From Dehalococcoidia bacterium (GTDB lineage: Bacteria > Chloroflexota > Dehalococcoidia > UBA2979), in NCBI GenBank assembly GCA_045562675.1, contig JBJKVL010000001.1, forward strand, positions 228,804 through 292,803: a stretch of 64,000 nt of DNA, given 5' to 3'. This document shows, piece after piece, positions 9,737-19,024 of this stretch; the first letter of the stretch is position 1, and each line of letters begins with the position of its first letter. Both the position numbers and the translations under genes were made by a program. A model generated the notes under the pieces. That model did no database searches, was not told the DNA's origin, and worked only from the letters and a program-made list of their open reading frames with translations.

Positions 9737-10977
9737 GAGGTCAAATATTTTTTTTGTTCATTAGATAGTTGATCTATATTGATTTTCATCGACTTAAGTT
9801 TTAGCTTAGCTATTTGTTCATCAATATCTTCTGGTACATCGTACACTTTATTGGTCAACTTATTTTGATTATTCATAATATACTCAGCTGCTAATGCTTG
9901 ATTGGCAAATGATAAGTCCATTACTGATGCTGGATGACCAGTGGCTGCGCCTAGATTAACCAATCTACCTTCTGCTATGAGAATTATTTTTTTGTTACTC
10001 TTAGTAGTAAATTCTTGTATAAACTTATTTGGCCTTGAAGTTGATTTAGATATTTGTTTTAAATGATTTAGATTAATTTCACAATCAAAATGTCCAGCAT
10101 TTGCTAACATAGCGCCACTTTTCAACTTTGTTAAAGATTTTTTATCTATAACATTTAAATCTCCAGTAGCTGTAACAAAGACATCCCCTATTTTTGCTGC
10201 ATCAACAATTGGCATAACATCAAAGCCATCCATTACAGCTTCTAATGCTCTCATTGGACTGACTTCTGTAACTACAACATTGGCTCCCATACCTTTTGCT
10301 CTATTTGCAATACCTCGCCCACACCATCCATAACCACAAACGACAAATTTTTTACCAGCTATTAGCATATCTGTTGCACGAATTATACCGTCAATTGTTG
10401 ACTGACCGGTACCAAACCTATTATCAAACAGATATTTTGTTTTAGCTTCATTTACTGCTATGACTGGAAAATTTAAAACATTATTCTTAGACATTGCATT
10501 GAGTCTAGTTACTCCTGTAGTCGTTTCTTCAGTGCCGCCAATTAAGTTTTGTGAATATTTTTTTGCATTTTTAATCATCAATGATGATAAATCAGCACCA
10601 TCATCAATAATCAAGTTTGGTTTTTGAGAAGCAACTTGCTTTAAATGGTTATTATATAAATTATTACTTTCACCATTGATTGCAAAGGTTGGTATTTTAT
10701 ATTTTGTAGATAAGGCTGCAGCTACATTATCTTGCGTAGATAAAGGATTTGATGCAGAGAGATATACATCTGCTCCTCCAGCTTTTAATGCGATCAACAA
10801 GTTTGCTGTTTCAGCTGTTACATGAAGGCAAGCTGCAATTTTAATTTTTTTAAATGGTTTTTTATTTATGAATTTTTTTTTGATTTCCATTAAAACTGGC
10901 ATGTCTCTTGCAGCCCATTCAATCACTGCAATTCCATTTTTTGCTAGTGCCTTATCTTTGATATCACCAATCATCAA
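9727..10977 (-). CDS. ahcY: adenosylhomocysteinase (short, ~416-aa type)
   Basis: NAD-binding VVCGYGWCGRGIA and the SAHH-like GHFDCEI and HPASVMD motifs. Overlaps the metK start by 10 nt, so an operon. Confidence 0.93.
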   Translation of the reverse strand: MMIGDIKDKALAKNGIAVIEWAARDMPVLMEIKKKFINKKPFKKIKIAACLHVTAETANLLIALKAGGADVYLSASNPLSTQDNVAAALSTKYKIPTFAINGESNNLYNNHLKQVASQKPNLIIDDGADLSSLMIKNAKKYSQNLIGGTEETTTGVTRLNAMSKNNVLNFPVIAVNEAKTKYLFDNRFGTGQSTIDGIIRATDMLIAGKKFVVCGYGWCGRGIANRAKGMGANVVVTEVSPMRALEAVMDGFDVMPIVDAAKIGDVFVTATGDLNVIDKKSLTKLKSGAMLANAGHFDCEINLNHLKQISKSTSRPNKFIQEFTTKSNKKIILIAEGRLVNLGAATGHPASVMDLSFANQALAAEYIMNNQNKLTNKVYDVPEDIDEQIAKLKLKSMKINIDQLSNEQKKYLTSWE

Positions 10978-10982
10978 TCTTT

Positions 10983-11801
10983 TTACCTTCCTCTAATAAA
11001 TTCATTAAAAATCTTTTTTATAAATAAATCTTTTTTATTTGTTAATTCTCCTTCGTAATTTCTTGTTATTATTTTGTAACCTAATTTCTCATATATTCTT
11101 AATGCTTGTGAATTTTGAGTATTAACTGACAATGCTACATAATTATAATTTCTATTTAATAAATCTTTAGTTACTAAGCTCGTTAAATTTGATGCTAATC
11201 CTTGATTGCGATATTCTTTTACAGTTAATACATTGCCTACAGCAGCACATTTAAATTTTTTTGAGATTAAATGTGTACAAACACATGCAATTAATTCATT
11301 TTTATAAAAGGCACCGAAAAAAGCACCTTCTTCAATTAATTCTGGATCAAAATCAATCTTATGTCCCGCATTATAATAAAAATTTTTGATTATTTTATGG
11401 TCTTTGTAGGATAATTTTTTTATTTGATATTTTGATGAATTTTCGTATGTTTGAAATTCTTCTTTTGAAATGAGCATCCTTTGTTGTTCACTCAAATTTG
11501 ATAAGCTATATTTGTTTGTTAATAATTGTATATGATCTATATTAGCTGAAAGTAATTGGTTTTTTTTTGGTAATTGCATGTTTTCGAGCATCTGACTAAT
11601 AATGAGGCTTGAACCTGATAGTAAAAGAAAATTTTTATTAGTAAATTCACTGATAATAATCCCAAAATTTGGATAATCGTCTATAACATAATTCAACTTA
11701 AATTGATTAGCATTGTATTTTTCTAAAATTCCTAAGCTGTAAATTGAATAGGCTAAATTTTGTTTCAATAAAGAAAATAATTCGTTTAATTTTTCCGGCA
11801 T
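10983..11801 (-). CDS. GNAT family N-acetyltransferase (two-domain, 272 aa)
   Basis: The C-terminal half has a GNAT motif A (VKEYRNQGLASNLTSLV ... RIYEKLGYK). The N-terminal half has no recognisable motif. Lies 5 nt upstream of ahcY. Confidence 0.75.
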   Translation of the reverse strand: MPEKLNELFSLLKQNLAYSIYSLGILEKYNANQFKLNYVIDDYPNFGIIISEFTNKNFLLLSGSSLIISQMLENMQLPKKNQLLSANIDHIQLLTNKYSLSNLSEQQRMLISKEEFQTYENSSKYQIKKLSYKDHKIIKNFYYNAGHKIDFDPELIEEGAFFGAFYKNELIACVCTHLISKKFKCAAVGNVLTVKEYRNQGLASNLTSLVTKDLLNRNYNYVALSVNTQNSQALRIYEKLGYKIITRNYEGELTNKKDLFIKKIFNEFIRGR

Positions 11802-11890
11802 TAATTTTCCAATACCATAGTTGTCAATAATTATTTTTTACTATAATAGATCATATATAAAATTTTAAAAAATATTAATTAAGTTATTTT

Positions 11891-12892
11891 ATGATAAATA
11901 TTGTTTTGGATGTAATGGCAGGTGACGAAGGAGTTGAGGCAAATATCAACGGTGCCCTAGCATCTTTAGATGGAACATTTACTGTCTTCTTAGTAGGTGA
12001 TGAGAACGTTATCAAGCATCAAATCAGTCAAAAGATCAATAAATTCCCTGAATCTATAAAGATCATTCATGCTGAATCTAGTATATCAATGGATGCTAAA
12101 ATTTCTGAATTTCGTTCTGACAGGAGTTCATCAATTTATCATGGTTTAAAGCAAATTAAGGAAGATAATGCTAATGCTTTTATTTCTATTGGTAATTCAG
12201 GGGCAATATTTGCTAATGCTTTGAAAGTTTTGGGTCGCATGCCTGGAATTAGTCGCCCAGGTTTTGCTATACCAATTCCTTCTATAGATGGTATGCGCAT
12301 TTTAATAGATGGTGGAGCCAATGCTGATTCTAAAATAGAAAATTATTTACATTTTGCTTTACTCGGTGCGCAATACTATCAATCTGTTTTTAAGAAGATT
12401 AATCCTAAAATTGGCTTATTATCCATTGGCTCAGAACCTACTAAAGGTAATCAATTAACTTTAGAAGCTTATAAATTATTAGAGATGCACTGTCCTAATT
12501 TTATAGGCAATATTGAAGGTACTGATTTAACCAATGATTTAGATGTCGATGTAATCGTCACTGATGGCTTCACAGGCAACATTGCCTTGAAATCTATTGA
12601 AGGATTAGCTGAATTAATAAAAGCAAACTTGTTAAAGGAATCTCAATCAAGCCTAATAAGCAAGATAGGCTTGTTCTTACTCAAGCCATCAATTAAAAAA
12701 ATCTATAAAAGATTAGATTACAGACAATACGGTGCTGTTCCTCTGCTGGGGGTGAATGGTTTAGTTTATGTTGGACATGGAAGAAGTGATTCAAGTGCTG
12801 TAGAAAATGCTATAAATGCTGCTGTACAGTCAGTTCGAAATGATCTCTTTGCTTCATTAGAACAATCTATAATTAGTACTGGTAATAACTGA
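11891..12892 (+). CDS. plsX: phosphate acyltransferase PlsX
   Basis: 333 aa with PlsX-like DGGANAD and VTDGFTGNIALKSIEG motifs. Confidence 0.9.
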   Translation: MINIVLDVMAGDEGVEANINGALASLDGTFTVFLVGDENVIKHQISQKINKFPESIKIIHAESSISMDAKISEFRSDRSSSIYHGLKQIKEDNANAFISIGNSGAIFANALKVLGRMPGISRPGFAIPIPSIDGMRILIDGGANADSKIENYLHFALLGAQYYQSVFKKINPKIGLLSIGSEPTKGNQLTLEAYKLLEMHCPNFIGNIEGTDLTNDLDVDVIVTDGFTGNIALKSIEGLAELIKANLLKESQSSLISKIGLFLLKPSIKKIYKRLDYRQYGAVPLLGVNGLVYVGHGRSDSSAVENAINAAVQSVRNDLFASLEQSIISTGNN

Positions 12893-12944
12893 AAAACCAA
12901 GATATTATTAAGTTCTGTTAACTTAATTTGAAAAGAGGTATATT

Positions 12945-13268
12945 GTGTCAAAGCCAATTGATACTTCAGACGGTACATTTACAAATGATGTACTTGAGTC
13001 TGATACTCCAGTTTTAGTAGATTTTTGGGCACCATGGTGTGGTCCATGTAAAATGGTTGCACCAGTTGTAGAGGAATTAGCTGAAGATTACGAAGGTAAA
13101 GTTAAATTTTTCAAATTAAATACTGATGATAATCCAAATATTGCAGGGCAGTATGGGATTCGCTCAATTCCAACTTTAATGTTATTTAAAAGTGGTAATG
13201 CAGTAGGTCAAATAATTGGCTTTAAGCCAAAACAGGCTCTTGCTAAAGAAATAGATAATATAATTTAA
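12945..13268 (+). CDS. trxA: thioredoxin
   Basis: 107 aa with WAPWCGPCKM active site. GTG start. Confidence 0.95.
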   Translation: MSKPIDTSDGTFTNDVLESDTPVLVDFWAPWCGPCKMVAPVVEELAEDYEGKVKFFKLNTDDNPNIAGQYGIRSIPTLMLFKSGNAVGQIIGFKPKQALAKEIDNII

Positions 13269-13270
13269 AA

Positions 13271-14203
13271 TTACATTTTTTGATTGTCTTCTAGCCAACG
13301 CTCACAGTCAATTGCAGCTTGACAGCCCATTCCTGCAGCAGTGATTGCTTGTCTATATCTCGTGTCAACTACATCTCCAGCAGCAAAAACACCTGGCACT
13401 GATGTCATAGTATGCTCATGATGAATTATGTAACCTTCTTTATCAACTTCTATTTGATTATTTAAAAAATCTGTCATGGGTTTATGTCCAATAGCAATAA
13501 ATGCTCCTCCTGCATTTATTACTTCTGTAGAATTATCCCGAGGGTCTTCAATGATTGCACCTGTTAAACCATCTTCATTTGAAATCCATTTTTTTATCTG
13601 GCGAAATGTTTTAACTTCTATTTTTGGATTTGCTAGAACTCTCTCATGCATTATTGTTGATGCCCTAAACACATCTCTTCTATGGAGCAATGTTACTTTA
13701 CTAGCAAATCTAGTTAAAAAAGTTGCCTCTTCCATCGCAGAGTCTCCACCGCCTATTACTAAAACTTCTTCATCTTTAAAAAAAGCACCATCACAAGTTG
13801 CGCATGTAGAGATTCCACGTCCTTTTTGCTCTTCTTCATTATCTGCATCTAGCCAAATTGCTTCCGCGCCAGTGCAAATAATAATTGCTTCTGACTGAAA
13901 TTCTTCACCTCCAACTGTAACTTTAAAGGGTCGCGATGAGAAATCTACCGAATCAACATTTTTGTCAATAATTTCACAACCAAATCTTTCTGCTTGTTCT
14001 CTAAGCTCAATCATCATTTCTGGTCCAGTGATTCCTTTAGGATAACCAGGATAATTTTCAACATCAGTTGTTAGCATCAATTGCCCACCATATGCATAAC
14101 CAGAAAACATCAGAGGCTTTAGAAGAGCTCTTGACGTATATAATCCAGCTGTATATCCTGCAGGGCCACTGCCAATAATAATTACATTTCTAATTTTATC
14201 CAT
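13271..14203 (-). CDS. trxB: thioredoxin-disulfide reductase (Cys-type)
   Basis: 310 aa with GSGPAG and GGGDSA dinucleotide motifs and a redox-active CATCDG. Convergent with trxA, 2 nt apart. Confidence 0.95.
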   Translation of the reverse strand: MDKIRNVIIIGSGPAGYTAGLYTSRALLKPLMFSGYAYGGQLMLTTDVENYPGYPKGITGPEMMIELREQAERFGCEIIDKNVDSVDFSSRPFKVTVGGEEFQSEAIIICTGAEAIWLDADNEEEQKGRGISTCATCDGAFFKDEEVLVIGGGDSAMEEATFLTRFASKVTLLHRRDVFRASTIMHERVLANPKIEVKTFRQIKKWISNEDGLTGAIIEDPRDNSTEVINAGGAFIAIGHKPMTDFLNNQIEVDKEGYIIHHEHTMTSVPGVFAAGDVVDTRYRQAITAAGMGCQAAIDCERWLEDNQKM

Positions 14204-14280
14204 TAAATTTTTTCCTAAGTAAATATTGCTTTATATTCACTATCGATAATATCATAATTGGAGCATTAATGTAAATTTAT

Positions 14281-14377
14281 GAGAATGCATGGTGTCCGGT
14301 GGCACTCTTGGTCTTCAAAACTAATGTAAGTTTACGATGTAAGCTTTGGTAGGTTCGACTCCTGCGCATTCTCGCCA
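14281..14377 (+). tRNA. selC: tRNA-Sec (anticodon UCA), CCA encoded
   Basis: Folded by hand.
- 8-bp acceptor stem: GAGAAUGC/GCAUUCUC, then G73 and CCA.
- 6-bp D-stem: GGUGUC/GGCACU, with 4-nt loop CGGU.
- Anticodon arm: UUGGU-CUUCAAA-ACUAA, giving anticodon UCA.
- 8-bp long variable arm: AAGUUUAC-GAU-GUAAGCUU.
- 5-bp T-stem: GUAGG-UUCGACU-CCUGC.
This is the bacterial 8/5 tRNA-Sec architecture. It is similar to E. coli selC in the D-arm and T-arm (recalled from memory). Confidence 0.9.
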
Positions 14378-14390
14378 TAAAGGGTTGTAG

Positions 14391-15845
14391 ATGTTAAAAT
14401 TAACTAAAATACGCTTATTGATTACTTTAAATATTTTTTTGTTAATTTTTACTTCATTATTGCTAGCCATCATCTTTTTTGATTTCCTAAATACTGAACA
14501 TAACGCATCTTCAACAAATCTCAAAAATAACATTGCTAACAATAACATTTTTTTAAAAGACGATAAAAAGTCTGATTTGCTACTTAAAGAACAAAGCATA
14601 GATTCTCTTTATCCCATTCTTGAAAAAACTAGAGCTGCAGTTGTTAGTATTTCAACTAAAGGCAAAATGTCTATCAATAATAATCCCTTCTTTAATGATC
14701 CATTTTTTGAAAATTTTTTTCGATTTAATTTGCCTCAACAGCAAGAAATACAAAGTATTGGCTCTGGGGTAATTATAAATTCACAAAATGGCTTCATATT
14801 AACTAACTTTCATGTGGTTAAAGATGCAGAAGTAATCAATGTTACTCTTTTTGATGAAAGAAAGAGCGAAGCTATTCTTATTGGATATGATGAAAAAACT
14901 GATTTAGCAATCTTACAAATACAAGAAGAAGCTTTATTTCAGTTTGATATTTCCAAAAAAACTGAAATAAGCTTAGGTGACTATGTTCTTGCTATCGGCA
15001 ATCCATTTGGCTTGGGTCATACTGTTACTTATGGGATAGTTAGTGGTATTAATAGAAGCAATGTGGGAATCATTAAAGGAAATGAAAAGTTAATTCAAAT
15101 AGATGCAAATATTAATCCAGGTAATTCAGGAGGCGCATTGATTAATCTTAAAGGTGAACTTATAGGGATTAATACTGCAATTCTGTCAAAAGGCGGAGCA
15201 AATGTAGGGATAGGATTTGCAATTCCCATTCAAACTGTAAATAAAATTGCAAATCAGTTAATTCAATATGGCAATATTAAACGAGGTCAAATAGGCCTTT
15301 CAGTTAAAACAATTGAAATACTTGACAATGAAACTAATTCAAGAGGCATTATTGTAGAGTCTGTAGTTCCAAGTTCAAGCTCAGAAAAAGCTGGATTAGT
15401 ACAAGGTGATATTATTATTGCAATTGACAGTAATCAAATAAATACAGTTGCTGATTTTTCCTATTTTATTGATCTAGAACGTGTGAGTGAAACAATAGAT
15501 GTTCTGATTTTACGAAATGGCTTAAGAAAAACATATATTGTAGAAGTTGAGCCATTTCCAACTTTTAATGATGAGTCTTCATCTGGAGATACACCTCCTG
15601 CAAACATTAAGTATTTACAAGGAGCAACCTTTATGAAAAAAGATAATGGTATTTTTGTTGTTTCAGTTGAAAAAGGTTCAAATGCATATAATATTGGGTT
15701 AAGAAAAGAAGATTTAATTAAACAAGTAAATCAAAAAAAAGTTAATAATTTAAATGATTTATATGATGCTATGAATTCTCGTAATAGGGGTGTCATGATG
15801 CAATTGATTCGAGGCAACGTATCTGTGTTCATAATCAGAAATTAA
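14391..15845 (+). CDS. htrA: HtrA/DegP family serine protease with two PDZ domains
   Basis: N-terminal TM anchor. Triad contexts TNFHVV, DLAIL and GNSGGAL. Two PDZ-like C-terminal repeats. Starts 13 nt after selC. Confidence 0.9.
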   Translation: MLKLTKIRLLITLNIFLLIFTSLLLAIIFFDFLNTEHNASSTNLKNNIANNNIFLKDDKKSDLLLKEQSIDSLYPILEKTRAAVVSISTKGKMSINNNPFFNDPFFENFFRFNLPQQQEIQSIGSGVIINSQNGFILTNFHVVKDAEVINVTLFDERKSEAILIGYDEKTDLAILQIQEEALFQFDISKKTEISLGDYVLAIGNPFGLGHTVTYGIVSGINRSNVGIIKGNEKLIQIDANINPGNSGGALINLKGELIGINTAILSKGGANVGIGFAIPIQTVNKIANQLIQYGNIKRGQIGLSVKTIEILDNETNSRGIIVESVVPSSSSEKAGLVQGDIIIAIDSNQINTVADFSYFIDLERVSETIDVLILRNGLRKTYIVEVEPFPTFNDESSSGDTPPANIKYLQGATFMKKDNGIFVVSVEKGSNAYNIGLRKEDLIKQVNQKKVNNLNDLYDAMNSRNRGVMMQLIRGNVSVFIIRN

Positions 15846-15872
15846 ATTTTTTTAAGATTCAGAAAGACATTA

Positions 15873-17162
15873 ATGAATTGGTCGCTAGTTGCAAATGAAC
15901 TTTCAGTTATGCTCGAAGAGTATATTCAAATAGACACTTCTAATCCCCCTGGCAATGAAGCAAATGCATGTAAATGGTTTAAAACTATTGCTATAAAGGA
16001 AAATATTGATTATCAAATTATTCAGTCAGAAGACAATCGCAGTAACTTTATTGCAAATATAAATGCAAATTTGACATCAGAAAAACGAATAATTTTATTG
16101 AATCACATTGATGTAGTTCCAGCAGAAGCGGAAGACTGGAATTTTGCTCCTTTCTCTGGCGGTACACAAGATGGCTATGTCCATGGTCGTGGTGCCTTAG
16201 ATATGAAGGGTATGGGAATCATTGAGTTAATGACACTCATTCTTTTACATAGGGAGAATTATTCAAAACGTAATATTGTTTTTTTGGCATCAGCTGATGA
16301 AGAATCGGGTTCTAAATTTGGCGTGGAATATCTAGTAAAGAATTATCCAGAATTATTTGATGCTAGCTTTGTTATTAATGAAGGAGGTATTGGAACAATT
16401 GATGCTTTTGGTAAACAAGAAAAAATTTTTAATGTCGGTATTTCTGAAAAGAGTCCATGTTGGTTAAATCTTAAAGTCAGCGGTGATGCTGGACATGGTT
16501 CAAAGCAAACTTTTGAAAGTGCAAATGTTAGATTGGTTTATGCATTAAATAAAATTATTAATCACAAATTTGATATACAGATTTCTCGTGAAGTGCATCA
16601 ATATTATTCTTTTTTGAATAAATTGAATATTATTAATGATGAAGTTAATGATAAATTTTTTCATTCCGTAATAAAGGATAATTCTTATGCTCATTCAATT
16701 TTAACTAATTCTATTGCGATTACTCAGATAAATGCTGGTTATAAAAATAATGTAGTCCCTTCAATTGCTTCAGCTTCTTTGGATGTCAGATTAGTACCTG
16801 GCTATGATCCAGAGCAATTCATCGATGAATTAAGAATAATTATCAATGACCCAAATATTTCAATCGAAAAAGAATTTATATCATCAACGAAGACATCTCC
16901 GATAGATAACTATGCTTATAATGCCATAGAAAATGTTGTTAAAAAAATTGTACCTGAAGCATCAGTTGTGCCATATGTTACTACCGGTTTTACAGATTCA
17001 AGAGTCTTTAGAAGATTAGGGGTACCTGCCTATGGATTTATGCCAATTCTAGTTTCCAAAGATGAATTGAGAGGTATACACGGAGTAAACGAAAAAATCT
17101 CTTTAGATAATCTCCTTTTGGGAGTAAAGATTCTGTATCATTTAATTGACCAATTAGATTGA
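15873..17162 (+). CDS. M20 family metallopeptidase/deacylase
   Basis: 429 aa with HIDVVPA, GRGALDMKG and ADEESG motifs of the ArgE/DapE/ACY1/CPG2 family. Confidence 0.85.
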   Translation: MNWSLVANELSVMLEEYIQIDTSNPPGNEANACKWFKTIAIKENIDYQIIQSEDNRSNFIANINANLTSEKRIILLNHIDVVPAEAEDWNFAPFSGGTQDGYVHGRGALDMKGMGIIELMTLILLHRENYSKRNIVFLASADEESGSKFGVEYLVKNYPELFDASFVINEGGIGTIDAFGKQEKIFNVGISEKSPCWLNLKVSGDAGHGSKQTFESANVRLVYALNKIINHKFDIQISREVHQYYSFLNKLNIINDEVNDKFFHSVIKDNSYAHSILTNSIAITQINAGYKNNVVPSIASASLDVRLVPGYDPEQFIDELRIIINDPNISIEKEFISSTKTSPIDNYAYNAIENVVKKIVPEASVVPYVTTGFTDSRVFRRLGVPAYGFMPILVSKDELRGIHGVNEKISLDNLLLGVKILYHLIDQLD

Positions 17163-17243
17163 GTGTTATTTCTTAAAAACTTTATTTATATTTTCTAGAT
17201 CATTTTTATCGTTCTTAATTAAATATTTTGGAAATGGTGATTT

Positions 17244-18428
17244 TTGCCTACTAACAAATTATGGACTCTTGACTTCATTTTGACGCTCTTGACATCTTTT
17301 TCTTTTTTTGCAGGCGCATTTTATTTAGTAACTGTTTTGCCAAATTATATTCAGGAATTAGGCGGTAGCCCTTTTCAAGTGGGGCTAGTTGTTGGAGCAT
17401 GGGGTTATCTCCCTCTGGTTTTAAGATTATATGTTGGAAAATTTAGTAATCGATCAAATAAAAAATTAATGATTAGACTAGGTTTAGTTAGCTTAGTAAT
17501 TGTGTATGTTTTTATGGCATATTCTAAAACTATTGCTGCACTTTTATTTTACGTTTTGTGCAAGGTATTGGGTCTGCAGCTATACCAACTGCAAGTGGCA
17601 CTCTTATTGCAAATATAACTCCATTTCCAAGGCGTGGTGAAGGATTAGGCTATTTTGGGATTACTTCAAGTTTGGGGGCAAGCAATTGGACCTGCTATCG
17701 GTGCATTTATATTAAATCAATATAGTTATCAAGCAGTCTTTTTATTATCTGCCTTTACATCACTGTACAGTTTAGCTTTAATTCATTTTGTTAATGAACC
17801 TGAAACTGAAAAAAGTAATATAAATGAACGTGATATACTTATCCCAAAGAAGGCAATTTTACCCTCAATGTTGTTTTTTTCTATCACAATTTGCTTTGCA
17901 GCATGTTGTGCATTTTTACCACTCTTAGCACTAGAAAGAGAGATATCGCAAATCTCCTTATTTTTTATTTCTCATGGTGGGATTTCAATTATTGCTCGAC
18001 CAATTGGAGGCGCTTTAGGAGATCGTATTGGTCGGTTACCTATTGTGATTTTTGGAATGATTACTATGTCTAGTGCAATGTTTATATTAGCTGCTGCGGA
18101 TTCAAATTTTATTATTTTATTTGCAGGAATTTTTTCTGGATTAGGAGTTTCTCTTTGTAATACTGGCCTTTTTGCACTTGCGCTTGATCGAGTTTCTTCT
18201 GATCAACAAGGTAGTGCTACTGCAGTTATACAACTTGCTTGGGATGTAGGGATCATTGTTAGTGGGATTGGGCTTGGTTTTCTTGCTACTAAATTGGGAC
18301 TAGCAAGTTTATTTATTGCTGGCGGGCTATGTCCATTAATTGCATTAGGCGTGACTATTATATTACTTTTGAATGGTGAATTGTCTATAAAAAAGCCTTC
18401 CAATGATATAATCAAACCAGTGAAGTAA
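17244..18428 (+). pseudogene. MFS transporter disrupted by two compensating homopolymer indels (ORF fragments 17244-17618 and 17655-18428)
   Basis: Both fragments share one frame. The conserved MFS loop LRFVQGIGSAAIPTASGTLIANITPFPRRGEGLGYFGITSSLG is encoded in the -1 frame, between a T tract (17542-17550) and a G5 run (17674-17678). Frame 0 hits TAA at 17616-17618. Confidence 0.8.
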
Positions 18429-18460
18429 ATTTTTTATCTAATAGCGCAAGGGTTCGAATC

Positions 18461-19003
18461 ATGTCAGATACCATAAATCAAATTAAGAAATTTATTGGTG
18501 GATATGAACGTGGTATTGTTAGTTTTTTATCTACAGTAAATCAATATAATCGTTCTACAATTAGACAGGTTAGTACATTTGTTGATTTTGAAAATCAATG
18601 GACCATTGGGACAATTGGTAGATTTCGTGAAGGAGACTTGAAGTATAAACATCTAAATGATAATCCAAAAGCGACAATGCATTGGGTTGAAACAAGCGGT
18701 AATACAATTGGTCCAAGATGGGCAGTCAGAAATGTATGGGTACACGCAGATGTCAAAATTATTGAAGATGAAAATTTAATTAACGAATTCTTATTGAAAA
18801 GAATGAATGCTAGGAATCAAGATCATGTAGGTATTGAAAAAAAATATGAAAGATATTTGATGTTGCTGAAACCGGTAAGATTACGTGCAGAAGGTTTTGC
18901 TGAATATTATAGAGAAGTGTTACTTATTAATAATTTTGTTAAACCTGAAATTAGACAAGTGAATTATCGAGATGGAGTTATTGGTTCAGATGAAAAAGCA
19001 TAA
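18461..19003 (+). CDS. hypothetical protein, possibly pyridoxamine-5'-phosphate-oxidase-like (F420/FMN-binding split barrel)
   Basis: 180-aa ORF with good coding look. The assignment rests only on weak resemblance (size, KYKHLNDNPKATMHW segment) and on F420 genes elsewhere in the window. Confidence 0.4.
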   Translation: MSDTINQIKKFIGGYERGIVSFLSTVNQYNRSTIRQVSTFVDFENQWTIGTIGRFREGDLKYKHLNDNPKATMHWVETSGNTIGPRWAVRNVWVHADVKIIEDENLINEFLLKRMNARNQDHVGIEKKYERYLMLLKPVRLRAEGFAEYYREVLLINNFVKPEIRQVNYRDGVIGSDEKA

Positions 19004-19024
19004 AGATTATATTAAGTCATGTAA

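Noticed and set aside
10983-11801. The two-domain GNAT could be mycothiol synthase MshD, which also has two GNAT domains.
   Set aside because: Only the C-terminal half shows a GNAT motif. At 272 aa it is shorter than MshD, and it is co-transcribed with ahcY-metK rather than with thiol genes. There is not enough evidence to name it.
17616-17618. Split MFS ORFs in the same frame could be a Sec-interrupted gene.
   Set aside because: The interrupting stop is TAA, not TGA. The conserved sequence between the fragments is in another frame, so the cause is homopolymer indels.
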